A program made the position numbers and the translations under genes. Of a stretch of DNA of 64,000 bases, positions 26,491-38,946 are shown piece by piece (position 1 is the first letter of the stretch; each line of letters opens with the position of its first letter). A model generated the notes under the pieces. It had not been told where the DNA came from and did no database searches. It was given only the letters and a program-made list of their open reading frames with translations. Origin of the DNA: Isurus oxyrinchus (lineage: Eukaryota); the NCBI GenBank assembly GCA_026770705.1, contig JANJGN010000016.1, positions 111,848,001 through 111,912,000 of the forward strand, read 5' to 3'.

Positions 26491-27514
26491 ACACAATCAA
26501 AGCTGTGCAAAAGAATGAAAAGTAATTACACCTAAATTATAAAAGCTGCAGATAAGCTCAAAAGTTATCAATCACTATTCATTCCACGCAAACTAGTCCA
26601 GTTGGCAACAGATACACCTACAGCTAACTTGGTTCTGAGGACAAGGTCATCTCCATTTTGCTGACTTAAAGTCCTCCCAGCACCCAAAACCACATTAGCC
26701 AAACCTCATTCTGTATGCTGCAGGAGGGAAATACAAGCACCAAGTCAATTTCCTTGTTTGCCAGCAACCCACTGGTAGACTAAGCAAGACAACAATTTAC
26801 ATCAGCCTGTGAAAATCTTTTCCATAAAATATTAAATTACTTTAAGCCAACAAAACTTTGCATTTCTGACTGACAAGATTCTCTCCTTGAAACATTGGGC
26901 TCTTTTTCTATTTAAATGACATTTTGCTTTTGTTTAGGACTTCCGATTTACCAGACTGTTTATAGATAGGGAAGTTTCCTGTCCACAGTTCCATCATCAG
27001 TTCATTGTGAATACAAAGAAACCACTTAATTTTTAAGGGCCTGGTTCCCATCATCAAGGAATATCTGAAGGATCATTTAGATTTTATTTTTGGGATAAGC
27101 TTGAGAAAAGAAAAACACTTTAGAAACAAGAGTTTTCTTTTTGTTTTTAAATTCTGCTTAATTTTTCACCATATGGTCTCTCTCCTCTCAACATATCGCA
27201 AATCCATGTATCCTCTATAATTAATCAAAAGATCCAATCCTACATGGACATTTCGAATCGTCGCCACCTCCCCAACAACAGTGCATCTGCTGACAAAACA
27301 CTGCTGCCAATTTCTCAAACAGTTAATGCTCCCCTAGGTTAAACAGAAGGCATTCATTTGCAGGGTGTTTTCCTGCTCCTCTTTTCAGATGAAAGGGAAC
27401 CAAATATTGGAGCTCACAATTATCTAGAGCCTTAGTTTTCCCTTTTTTCACACTATTTATTATTGACAAGAACCAGAAACTCATGCTGAGTGAGATACTT
27501 ACTCAGAAACTGCT

Positions 27515-28020
27515 TTTTCGCAAAAAATACTTTCATTCATAAAATTTCTAAAAGCATTACAAAATATTTTAAAATGGTCATTACAGAAAGTGCAATGAAT
27601 TTCAAATTATCCACATAGATCATGTTGCACTCTTGACATGCTTCAATGCAATTGTAAGACATGCAATATTTACTGTATACGTTCAATGTGGGTCATGCAA
27701 ACCCAAGGGTTTCTGTAAAATTTCCAGCCCCTCGGTGCATGGTGGCTGAAGGGCCTTCGACAGCGACCTTCACCCATTGTGCCTCTGCAACGGCCGTCCC
27801 AAGCTTTAGTGAATCCCTCAGCAGATAGTCCTGGACCCTGGAATGTGCCAGTCTGCAACACCCGGTTGAGGACAACTCTTTGCAGTGGAAGACAAACAAG
27901 TTTCGGGCAGACCAAAGATCATCTTTCACCAAGATGATGATCCTCTAGCTACAGTTGACGTTTGTCTTGGTGTGTGTCCCTGGGAACAGCCCGTGGAGCA
28001 CAGAATCTTGCCCTTCCTCA
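27515..28020 (-). mobile_element. Tx1/L1-like LINE 3' fragment
   Basis: ORF 27693-27932 (KDDLWSARNLFVF...CCRLAHSRVQDYLLRDSLKLG...AQW) resembles Tx1-clade ORF2 C-termini, followed by an AT-rich 3' UTR. Confidence 0.65.
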
Positions 28021-28244
28021 AACAGGGCCTGACTGAAAAAATATTCAGTTATCATTCACACCAAGAAGGCAGATTGCAGGAATATTGACAGGAAACGTGA
28101 GATGCAAAGCTTTAGATCACTAATCCAAATTGGTCTAAGCATGATGTTAGACCAAGTCAGAAATTGGGAACTCAACACATTTACTGCAGACAGAGACAAC
28201 AGCACAAAGTTCATCTAAATTAACAAGGCAGGCATTTTTGTAAT

Positions 28245-28284
<40 letters not shown>
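28245..28284. repeat. G40 homopolymer
   Basis: Uninterrupted G run. Confidence 0.95.
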
Positions 28285-28285
<1 letters not shown>

Positions 28286-28689
28286 CTGATTGCTTCACTC
28301 AGCAAAAGAGACAAGTCGGGAAAATGTGTAAATTCCCCCACCCCAACCCCTCCAGATTGGCCTCCTGTTTTTTTATGTAAGTGACTTCTTGTTACCCTCA
28401 GGAGATTGGAGTCCAGAGCACGTCCAAGCTGCTATTATGATATGGAGCGTATTTGATGGAAAAGCTGGCCTTATCTTGTATTTTCTTTGTGTAAGGTTCT
28501 AATACGTTAACACCAAATTAGAAATAAATCATTCAGACATGTACACATGGTCCTACAGCAAACTCAAAAAAAACTTTACCACCCTGCAAAGCTTTTTAAA
28601 CTGTCATTATGTAAACTTACAAGCATTTACTCTGCATATTTTACAGTGTGAAATAAGCATTAATAAAGGCACATTATGTAAATGCAAGT

Positions 28690-30300
28690 TAAGATAGAAA
28701 GATGCCAAAAGCTACTTCACAGAGGCACAGCTGGATGCCAAACCAAAGGAGGAAATATTAGGAGAGGTGTTGAAAACCTTATTCAGAGATGGGATTTTAA
28801 ATTGAGAGGAAGGTGGAGGAGGTCAGTGAGGGAATTCCAAAGGAAAGGTCTGGACAACTGATGGTGCTTCTATCAACAGCAGAGTAAAAGAGAGAGGGTT
28901 AAGCCAGAAACAGGGATTTTTTGGGAGGGGGGGAGGTGTAAGGTCACATAGATTTGGAGAGAGAAAACCAGGAAGGGATCTGATGAGAATTTTAAATTGG
29001 AGATTTTGGAGGGTCAGGAGCCAATGTCAGTGAGAAAGACGGCAGTCCTTTTTTAAAAAATTCATTCAAGGGATGTGGGCTTCGCTGGCTAGGCCAGCAT
29101 TTATTGCCCATCCCTAACTGCCCTTACTGTGGTGGCAGTGAGCCTTGAATGAATAAAAAAACTCCTGTCTTTCTCCTAGCCCTCCAAAACCCCCTTTTTA
29201 AAATTCAATTTAAGGAGTGGTGGGTGAATGAGATAGGAGACAAGGCAAAGTTTTGTATGAGTTGATGGTTACAGAGTATGGAGGACACGAAGCCAGACAG
29301 GATGGAAATACAATAGCTGAGTCTGGAGGCGCCAAAGGTATTCTTGAGTTTGAGCAGAAGGATGATGCCACCATGTTGGAAGTCTTTGTGATAAAAATGA
29401 TTAGAGTTGAAAGCTCAGCTGAAATAGATGGTTTGCAGCCATGACAGTCAAATACAACTTGATACAGTGAGAAAGAGAGAGAGAGAGAGATACAGAATCA
29501 ACAACAGAGTTTGAGAGGGGGGCCAAAAGATGACACCTTCATTCTTCCCAAACCTTGATTGGGGGAAACTGTGGTTCAGGTGGGACTGGATTTCAGACAA
29601 AGCCAAGCAAAACAGGGGCAGAAGGAGAATTGAGAACTGATGGCAGAGAAGTAGAACTGAGTTTTGTTAGTGTACATGTGAAAGCTGACCTCATGTCTGC
29701 AGATGACATCACAAGGGGCAGCGCATAGATTAAATCTGAGGGGGCCCAAGGCGAATCTTTGGGGACTTTGAGGCAATGGTGCAAGGGCCAAAATAGAAGC
29801 CAATGGTGATGATGTTCTGACTATGATTTGATAATTAAGAGTGGAATCAAGTTGGACAGAACAAAGGCATTGGAAGAGTATGGTGTGATTGATCTTGTCA
29901 AAGATTGCAGAGTTCAAGGACTGAAAATGCATCAGTCACTGTAACAAATGATTTGATTTGTGTCTTATATCATCAGTTTAGGCTGTAGCAAAATGAGAAA
30001 CTTGATGAAGAAACTCAAACATGGAGTTGTAGAAAAAAAGGCCACAGATTTGGAAGGCAAATTCAACAGCTGTGAACAAGAGAGGGAGATTGGAAATGGG
30101 GTGTTAGTTTGCAAGAACAACATGGTTGAGGATTGGAATTTGAATGGGTAGGTCAGCAGTTTTGCAATGTCAGCTTGCATGGGGCCAAGGCATTTCATGG
30201 GATCAAGGAGACAAAAGGTGGAACTCATGGACAAAATCAGTTTGGAGACAGGATATGGGGAGATAGGAAAGGGACTAGAGAAGGACTCAGCAACAAGGAT
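28690..30300 (-). mobile_element. Old L2-type LINE fragment
   Basis: Decayed RT motifs in ORF 29576-29932 (SAIFDKINHTILFQCL; PQRFALGPL; RHEVSFHMY), corresponding to L2 motifs SAAFDTVDH.IL, PQGSVLGPL and HMYADDTQLY. Confidence 0.72.
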
Positions 30301-31226
30301 AATGCAAAAGGAAATTTTAGCTCCACCATGGCAGCTGTGCCTTTAGTTGCCAAAGCCCCAAGCCCTGGGAATCCCCTCCATTAATTTCTCCTTCATCAAG
30401 ATACTCCTTTAAACCTACCTCTGATAAAACAATTGGTCATCTGCCTTAGTATCACCATGTGGCTCAGAGACACGTTTTGGTTGATAACACTATGAAGTGC
30501 CTGTGGATAATTAAAAGCACTATACAAAATAAATTATTGTTGTAGGCAAAGGGAAATGGAGGAAGCAACAAAAGCACTTGGTCAGATAGTCTTAATCTTA
30601 GAGGCAAAGAAATCCACCAATTCATTGCAGTTTATGGTGGCAGGGAGTGGGGTTGAAGTGGATACTTGGTAGTTCAGAAAAGAAACTTGGGGGCAGGGAA
30701 CAAACAATAAAGATGGAGGTGAGGTAGCGGTTAATTTAAACAACAGATAAATGCAGATAAAATCTGCAGAAATAATTCAGGAAATAGTTAATATGCCAGT
30801 AACATTAATAGTGGCCGCAAGTCAACATAATTTACAAATGTAATAATTACATTCAACGCTATGATTCTGCTACAAACTAAATGCAAGTGAAACATTTCTG
30901 ATCTTTAACCGAGATGAAGTGCCGCAGCCGCAGGCGCCAGTCTGCCTGATACAGCAATGCTGTCCCAGATGAGTTCCATGTTGAACAGACAAAAGGAAGT
31001 CACTTGTCAGGTTTGGTGAGAATCTGGGATGAAGGAACACCCCTTCCTACACGCATGTAAACAGAGCATGGGGTCAGGATTGAACTATGAAAGAACAGTT
31101 TAGTTAAGATCTGATGAAGAGCTTTTGAAGCTATTAATCAGTATTTGCTGACAAACCAGTCAGCAACACAAGACAAATCCTTGGCGTTGGATGAAGCTCA
31201 GTCAGGGGAAGGGGTAGGAAGAGAAT

Positions 31227-31232
<6 letters not shown>

Positions 31233-31270
<38 letters not shown>
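31233..31270. repeat. (TA)n microsatellite
   Basis: About 19 perfect TA units. Confidence 0.95.
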
Positions 31271-31275
<5 letters not shown>

Positions 31276-34200
31276 GGGGCTCTCTCTTTACAAAGAAACT
31301 CCTTAAATGTTAAAGAATCTCCACAATTTCACAAAGTAAGCATAAGACCAGGCACTTTTTAAGCCACCACTTAAACAGGAGGTTTCAAACCTCAGGAATA
31401 CTTTTAGGCATGCGGTGTCTATAAAAACTGACCATAAGAATGCTACAATGTAATTTATTTAGCACTTATCACAAGTCAGCTGCTGGACCCTACTAAGGGT
31501 TCATATGCAGGATACTTGCTGACTGGTGCAGAACAGAGTCGACTCATTTCAGCGGAATTGACCTCTGTAGTTTAGTCTGGGAAGTTGGGAGGGGCGGAAC
31601 AGGCAGGGAGGCAGGTGAGGGTTGAAATCAGCCAAGATTCCACCCCTGGTCATCATCCCGTGACCCCCCCTGGGAACACACATATGAGGTGACGACAGAA
31701 TTAGCTGCAACATCTTCTATCAACTGACATTTGTTTAGGTCCCACCTGGATAGGCTAAATTTGGTGGAAAACACAGGGCAGTGTTCTTTTAATCCAATTC
31801 CATTTTTCAAAATAAAGTCCACTTTTAATTCCAAATCAGCAAGATTAGGTTTAATGTGGTGGTAAGGACAGGCTAGTTAGTACCTAGCAAAAAAACTTCA
31901 CTGCAGTGGATCCTTGCTAAAGCTGTTCACTCCTCCACTCAGCAAGTGAATGTTTTACAAGAGCCAAAACAAACCCAATCTCAGTAAAGATTACAAAATT
32001 CTGGAGGTGGAAAGCGTCTTGACAATTCACTTCCTCCCTCCTCCCCCTCTACCCCACTGTGCGTCAGGACTTAAACACTGAATGCTCGCTAGAAATCTCA
32101 GCAGGGTCATTGGCTAACTAACCCTCCCCCAACATTCTGAACTCCAAAAAAAAGCAAATAAATCCAGATACGCCACTACTTCTGAAAGCAAGGAGTGAGT
32201 TTACGATGTTTCACCAAGAGCACATAAGGGACAGATGCCCTGTTTGAATAGAAGAGCCCAAATAACTGAAGCTTTTTTTTGTGGTTCACAAAGCAAATCA
32301 TGCTGCAGCCCCCAATACGAATTGCAAATTTCCCTCCTTTGTCTTCCTTTTGTCCTTTAGAAACAGAGATTGTGGAGAGAACCTGGATGGAGGCCCATAC
32401 ACCATCAAAAACTACAAATCTGTGATTAAGTCTTTTTCCCTAAGAAAGGCTGCTGACCCCACCCTTCAAAACCCCACCCTGCTACCCTGGGAGGGTCAGA
32501 TACCTCAAGAGTGCAAATTAGCCAGCAATAGCTGCCCCCAAACTAACACAAAGGCTGATCTGAGTGCTGGCCCCTATTACACGTGGCCATGTCATCCTAG
32601 GAGCATACAATGAACAACATTCTACAAACAAAAGACTGCTCGCACTGGGCATCAGCCACGCCAAGCTCTGGTGCTATGAAAAGCAAACATTCGCTCGGCT
32701 CAAGGTTGGGGGGAATTCTTGCTCTGCCAGCAATATTTTAAACCAGTAGGAGGAAACAAAAATCAAGCGTTAGTGCAACAACTCATAGAAGAGTCTAAGC
32801 TGATAAACAATACTACCACCCGAAGCTCACAGGAAGCAGCTCAGTCTCACAGAGTGCCATGTCCACGCAGAGACTAATCAGATGTGTCGCTCAAATTTAA
32901 TGTTACCGCTCTAACAATTGTTTGCAAAGTACTGGATACGGCAAACATTTTACAACTATTGAGGCCAGAAACATCACAGATATATTAACTTTATACATTT
33001 ATCTGTGTGAAACATCAGTTAACACTCGGGTAAAACAGGGAAGGAGGGACGGGTAAACACGAATATCACTGCCAGGGCTTGTCTCTAAACACTGGCACAC
33101 AGCTATTCCAGGGTCATGGAGGAGCAGAGCTGAAAGGAAACTTTTGATTGCTGACACCCTAGTCATCCGTTCCATACGTTTTCCTTATCATAGCCTTACT
33201 TGTGAGGACTGCTGGATTAAATCGAGAACCACCCAGGAATCTGTACAGGGGATGTGGCCTTTATTCTGACTGTGGCGAGCATATATTGTCTTACCAGTTT
33301 TTTAAAAATATTCCTTTAATAAATAGGCACAGTTGAACTCAAGTGTTTAATTGCCATTAGAGTGCAGTCATTTCATTTCTGTAATTTTACTCAGTTTTGT
33401 TATCCATCGAACACCCCATCCATTTTAGTGAATGATTAGGTTCTACTAGCCCACTAATGTGCAGTTTTGGGAGTCACTTTTGAAGAGATCCTAAGAAATA
33501 GGCTTTTTCCTCTTGGAAGGAAAATCTATTACTATTTTCCCATCCATCTGCCTTGTCCTGGAGGACATGTTGGAGATTTAGATGACTTGGATATTTCCAT
33601 GTTCCTTCTAATGAAATGTCAGCACACACATTCTATCAAAAATTAAATATTTCTTTGAAAGAGAGATATTAACAAGTATAGTGTGGGACAATACTAAGTG
33701 ACTTGGGGAGAAAAACACTGGGACAGACTTGACAGACCTAATAAAACATTCCAATAATTTTTTGGCCTTACTGACTATAAGAACACAAAATATTCACAAT
33801 TTGCATTCTTTTTAGGAATGGTAGACACTTTTTAGGCATGAATGTTGACAATTGCATGGGTTATTCTTGTTTCAGGACAAGAGATTCCGACTCATCAATT
33901 TTGGTGCAAAAATGAGCATTTCAAGCTACCTTACGTTCAGTTTCAGCTGTGGGAGAAGTTAGATCACTACTAGTGGCCTCAGCACTCCTGAACTAACAAT
34001 GGAAAGCATCAGCCAGGGTCTCCACTCCCAGTGACTCCCACCGGAAAACGTACATATGAGCACAACACCTGAGAACAGGATTAGCTTCTCCTGGAATGCC
34101 ACACAGTCAATTAGCCTGCTGGCACACACAATCCAGGATCAGACACGCAAGGAATAGCCACTTGAATGTATAGCAAGTGGTCCTTGCAGAATGAGATTCC

Positions 34201-34334
34201 AATATAACTCAGCTCCACCATGAAGGGAGGAAGAGAAGAAAGAGAAAATATTTATGTAAGTTCAATAGTTTAAGACTCTGCAGCTACATAATGTTAATCA
34301 CACTAATATGTCTGCACAATTGTCCAAGTATCAT

Positions 34335-34755
34335 ACCTAGCAATGGTTAATACTCTAGCTTCTAAATCAGAAAGTTGTGAATTCAAGCCACATTCCAGGT
34401 GTTGAGCTCATAATCAAGGCTGACACCCCAGTGCAGCATTGAGGGAGTACTGTATTGCCAGAGGTGTCATCCTGCTGTCCTTCAGATGAGCCATTAAACT
34501 AAGGGCCAGTTAGTTACTAGCTCCAGTAGTTCAAGTGAATGTTGAAATGCAGTTGTAGAGGAAGTGTTCTAGCCCTCTACCACCACCAAAAAATTAATGG
34601 ACGGATCATCTCACTGTTGTTTGTGGATTCTTACTATCAATGAAATGGCTACCACATTTTCCCAAATATCAGTAAATGCACCTCAAATTATTTAGTTATG
34701 TCAATAATGCCCTTTAGAATGTGAGGTGCATAGATGACATACAAGTGCAACTCTC
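34335..34755 (+). mobile_element. Deu-domain tRNA-derived SINE
   Basis: A-box/B-box head, core ttcagatgagccattaaactaagggcc, diverged tail. Confidence 0.68.
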
Positions 34756-37700
34756 TTTTTGCTATCAGTACCATTTTGGGGAGGTACTCTTTGGGGGAAC
34801 AGAGGCACAGGCACCAAAGCTCCTCTTGTACATCTCATGTTGACGTTGCTGGAACTGGCTGACAAGTACACAATCTAGTGACAGCAGGTACATGTGACAG
34901 AGACACTGGGTGCTGGAGGTTGATGGGGCGGGGGGGCAAGAATGAAGGAAACAGGGAATGCAAGAAAGAAGCTAGGTATTTTGAAATTTAACACATCGCA
35001 GTAATTAGAACACTCCTGTGGAAAAACACACAACATTTTCATTTGTCTGACATATTACTGCAGTTATCAACGAGAGTTACACCCAAGCTAGCTTCTGTGT
35101 GCTGTCAGCAAGCCATTAGTCAGCAATTTTCCTCACAAAACACTAGAACTGTACCTCCTTCATACAAGTGAATCTATTCATCCACAAATTCATACACAGA
35201 ATGACACATCCGACAAAAGTTTCAATTAAGTTCACTACAGAAAAGGTCTGAAAACAACTTGCAGTTGAAGCCCAATAAACTGGCACTCTACTTCAACTCA
35301 ACTTGAGCAATTGCTTATGCCACATCAACACTTGTGCAGTTGAGGCACTCTGTTCAATCATCAGTTATAAAAGATCTACCAGAGAACAAATATGAAATTT
35401 GTGTTCCCAAAATAGGATTTATTTCCTTTAAACATCCAGTTTGAACAAAATAGAACAGTTCCAGTTGCCACTTGGTTTCAGACCAACATTTTTCTCCTCC
35501 TTTAACTGCCAGTATTTGCATCACCACCTTTTTTGAAGTTGATGATTCATCACTGGGTCACGGTTCCACAAGTGTTCTCGGGGATCTTGCCCAAACAGGT
35601 ACTAGACATGGATTAGTCTTTCCCATGTTGATTTCAGTGGATATCAAAGCTGACCCAAATTAAGTTCTCACCAATGATCCACACAAATGCACGCAAGATT
35701 CATAGAGATCAGAAAATCTGGTTTATCCCTGCCCCCCAAACTCAGGTAAAAATTGGGCCAATTAGTGTTCACGCCACCGCCCAACCACCCAAACCCAGCT
35801 GAATTCAGCCGTCAGCACAAGAATCAAATCTGGGATTCCTGGTCTGTACAGCTCAACCACTTGGAGCTACTGGAGGAGCTATAAAAAAAATTAATGCATC
35901 GAACCATCTGTTGCATGCGTAATACCCGAGTATCAGCCACACAATGCTGTATCAAGTGCTTACTTGCATCACTGATACCATTTCCAAGATACAAGGAGTA
36001 TAAACATGCTGGCCAGTTGCCTGGAACAGTTTGGCCATTCATTGTCTTTTACATCAGTACAACCAAACCTTCGGCTTTAGGTGGCAGTCATAGAAGTGGA
36101 CAGTGCAGCCCACTACTTATGTTGCATCGTTGCCTAGGATCAGTACTCAAATCTGCACAAACAAATTTGGCAGAATTCCTCCCCTTTTCTCAAAGGGTAA
36201 AACATTAACCTGACCTCACTCTTTCCAAATGTTAATTAGCCCATAATACAGTTCCAACATTCATATCATACTTCCTTTTTAATTTTACTAAAACCTGCAA
36301 ATATGTTTAAGTCAAATTAATCTGATGTGTATAAAATGCTGCTCAGCCATGACTTCAGCCCACTGAAATACAGGGTTATGGAACCTGAAGGGTTGATTCT
36401 TCTCCATTTGCTCTCAGTTCCTTCCCATGCTCTGCAGGATGCAGGCACCATGCTATTCCCTGGTTACATTCATTAATGTTTCAACAATCCGTACACACAC
36501 CTACCTAGTATATGTTCCCTACATTATAAATTTCTAGAGTCAAGCTTTCATGACAGAAGCCTCTGAAAAATTGATCCCAAAGCTCTCCCAGTGTCACAGA
36601 TATAAGGGATGAAGTGCAGAGCAGGAGGCCCCGTGTTTAACTCCTGCGTTTGTGTCAAGTTAGCTGAACTCAGTCAGAGCGATAACAGAGTCATTAAAAT
36701 TGGCCTCAGCAACAAGGAGTTAAGAAAAAGGAAATTTAACAGCCGCCACTTGAATATACATGTGTGATGTTGAATGATAACAACATAAAGATTCAAGTGG
36801 AATACCTTCCACAGTCAAACAGCCTGTCAATAATGTCTAGTAAGGCTCACATAGAATGAGGTCCCCTTGGCTGAGTCCACAGTCTTGTGGGACTGTGCAA
36901 TCTTCAAGATCGGGTAGAAAAGGGAGACGAGGAAATTCTACCTGCTTCTAACCCTGTGATAGCTGCTGCTCGAACACATGGGATAAGTGGCAGGAGGCTA
37001 TCAACTAGTAGAGGACAAGTTTTGAAATGCCACAATTTTACATTCAAAATAAAACTCTCACTTGGTCACTATATACAGTTTTTTTTAATTAAACCCCAAG
37101 CGGTACAGAGACAAGGAAACTTACAAGCATTCTAACAGAACATTTTGGTAATATTGCACATTAACGCACAATGAAAATGAGTTATAACCAGCGAACTAGT
37201 CCATCATTTTCCCTAATTTTTAAAGTAATTTTTAATGAACTGTGTCCAATGATTCAAAACAATGCAAAGTCAACTTGGCGGTCACCCATCTCATCTCTAT
37301 GACAAATTAAACCTCAGCAACTAACTGGCCCATTTCTAGTCATTATGGTTAAAACATTCCTTCCACAAAATGAAGCTCAAACCTCAGAAACTCAAACATT
37401 CAATTACATACTCCTTACAAGAGTAATGGTATAGTTGGTGCATGTTACAGAATGTATTACATCAGGAGCACCCACAATGAGTAGAACTCAAACAGAAAAC
37501 TATTCCAAGCCAAACTAGAGCTCTGCGATGCTGCACAGTTGGTAAGTGCACCAGAGCTAAGTGAAAGACCTGCAAAGTCCACAGTTTGACAAACAATATG
37601 TCCTTATTTATCCGATCTCAGCTGGGCATCAGCATGACGGTTCCACTGATAGAACAACCTCAGTGTTGCCGATGGCAACTAAAATCCAAGTTCCGGTTCT

Positions 37701-38727
37701 AGTGACACATGCAGGAAGAGATTGCATGCAGATAACCAGCAAGCCAGGCCTAGGCTCAACCATTGTGTTCTCATTGTTCCATAGCCTGCTGACAGTCACT
37801 GCCTGTGATCATAGTTTACGAATACACCCTTAGACCAGAACAAGTCTGGAGTTGTGTAGCTACGCCCCAAGCTCAAGTCAATGGCTTTGGGGTTGGCAGC
37901 AAGAAAAAGAACATAATTGCACATTCCAATTTTCAACCAAATGATTGCTCTGGTGAAATGGGTATATTAAACACCAATTCTAACTATCAGTAATCTACAC
38001 AAGAACAGCAGAGCAGTGCAGTTAGATTGACATCACGTGCATCACAAATTGCTGTAACTTGCCACAACATGGGACAGTTACACACAATTACTGCAAAAAG
38101 GACAAAGTGGTGATAAACCTCTGTTAATTGCATCTCTTCCAATGGAAACAGGTAAACACCATCCAATAAGGTACTACATCACCCAATCCATAGCATCTCA
38201 AATTCAAATCTCAGTCAAGTAAATCTCTGTGGGTACGGCTATTAGGATGATTCGCTTTAAGTTCCCAGGCCAGAGGCAAAAAACCCCCACAAAATTAAGA
38301 TAGATTCTTGTCCTTAATCATGATCCAGTGATCCCTGCCAGAAAATGCTCATATAGATTCGGTGAAGACCATCTCTGCTGCTGTGCCCACAGTCAAAAAG
38401 TCCATCGACACAAACAAGAATAAGCACTTGGGTAATGTACTGACTTCTGCTGAGCAAAGCCCTTTAAGCTGGAGCTGCTGTTGGGTCCCAATTTTGTGGT
38501 CTCAGAGAAAGCAAAACAGGAAATCTCTTGCAACGGAAGTTTGGTACACACATTATAACATCAATTCATAAACAGATGCATACAAGCCATTGAAAATTCA
38601 CATAAAACATTTAGCTGGTGCTTGTGATATTAATTCATGTAACCAGATTTTAACTATTAGGTCAGTGGCAGAATGAGATCTTGGACAGTGGTTCTGGATG
38701 CCTGAAAAAGGCAATCGCTTAAGAAAT

Positions 38728-38946
38728 AAAACAGAAAATTCTGAAGTGCTCAGTAGGTCAGGCAGCATCAATGGATGGAAACAGAGTCAATGTTGCAGGT
38801 CTGAGACTTTTCATGAATGGTTCTGGAAACAGGTCACATCCCTGAGACATTTAACTCCATTTCTCTCCATGGATGCTGCTTGACCTGCTGAGTATATCCA
38901 GCATTTTCTGTTTTTGTTTCAGATTTTCAGCACTCAGTATTTTGCT
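38728..38946. mobile_element. Fold-back (inverted) derivative of the same Penelope-like terminus
   Basis: Left arm aaaacagaaaatt...ctcagtaggtcaggcagcatc is the reverse complement of right arm gatgctgcttgacctgctgag...cattttctgtttt. Centre near 38820. Confidence 0.7.

Noticed and set aside
28147-28341. Poly-proline ORF
   Set aside because: Translation of the G40 homopolymer, whose length may also be a sequencing artefact.
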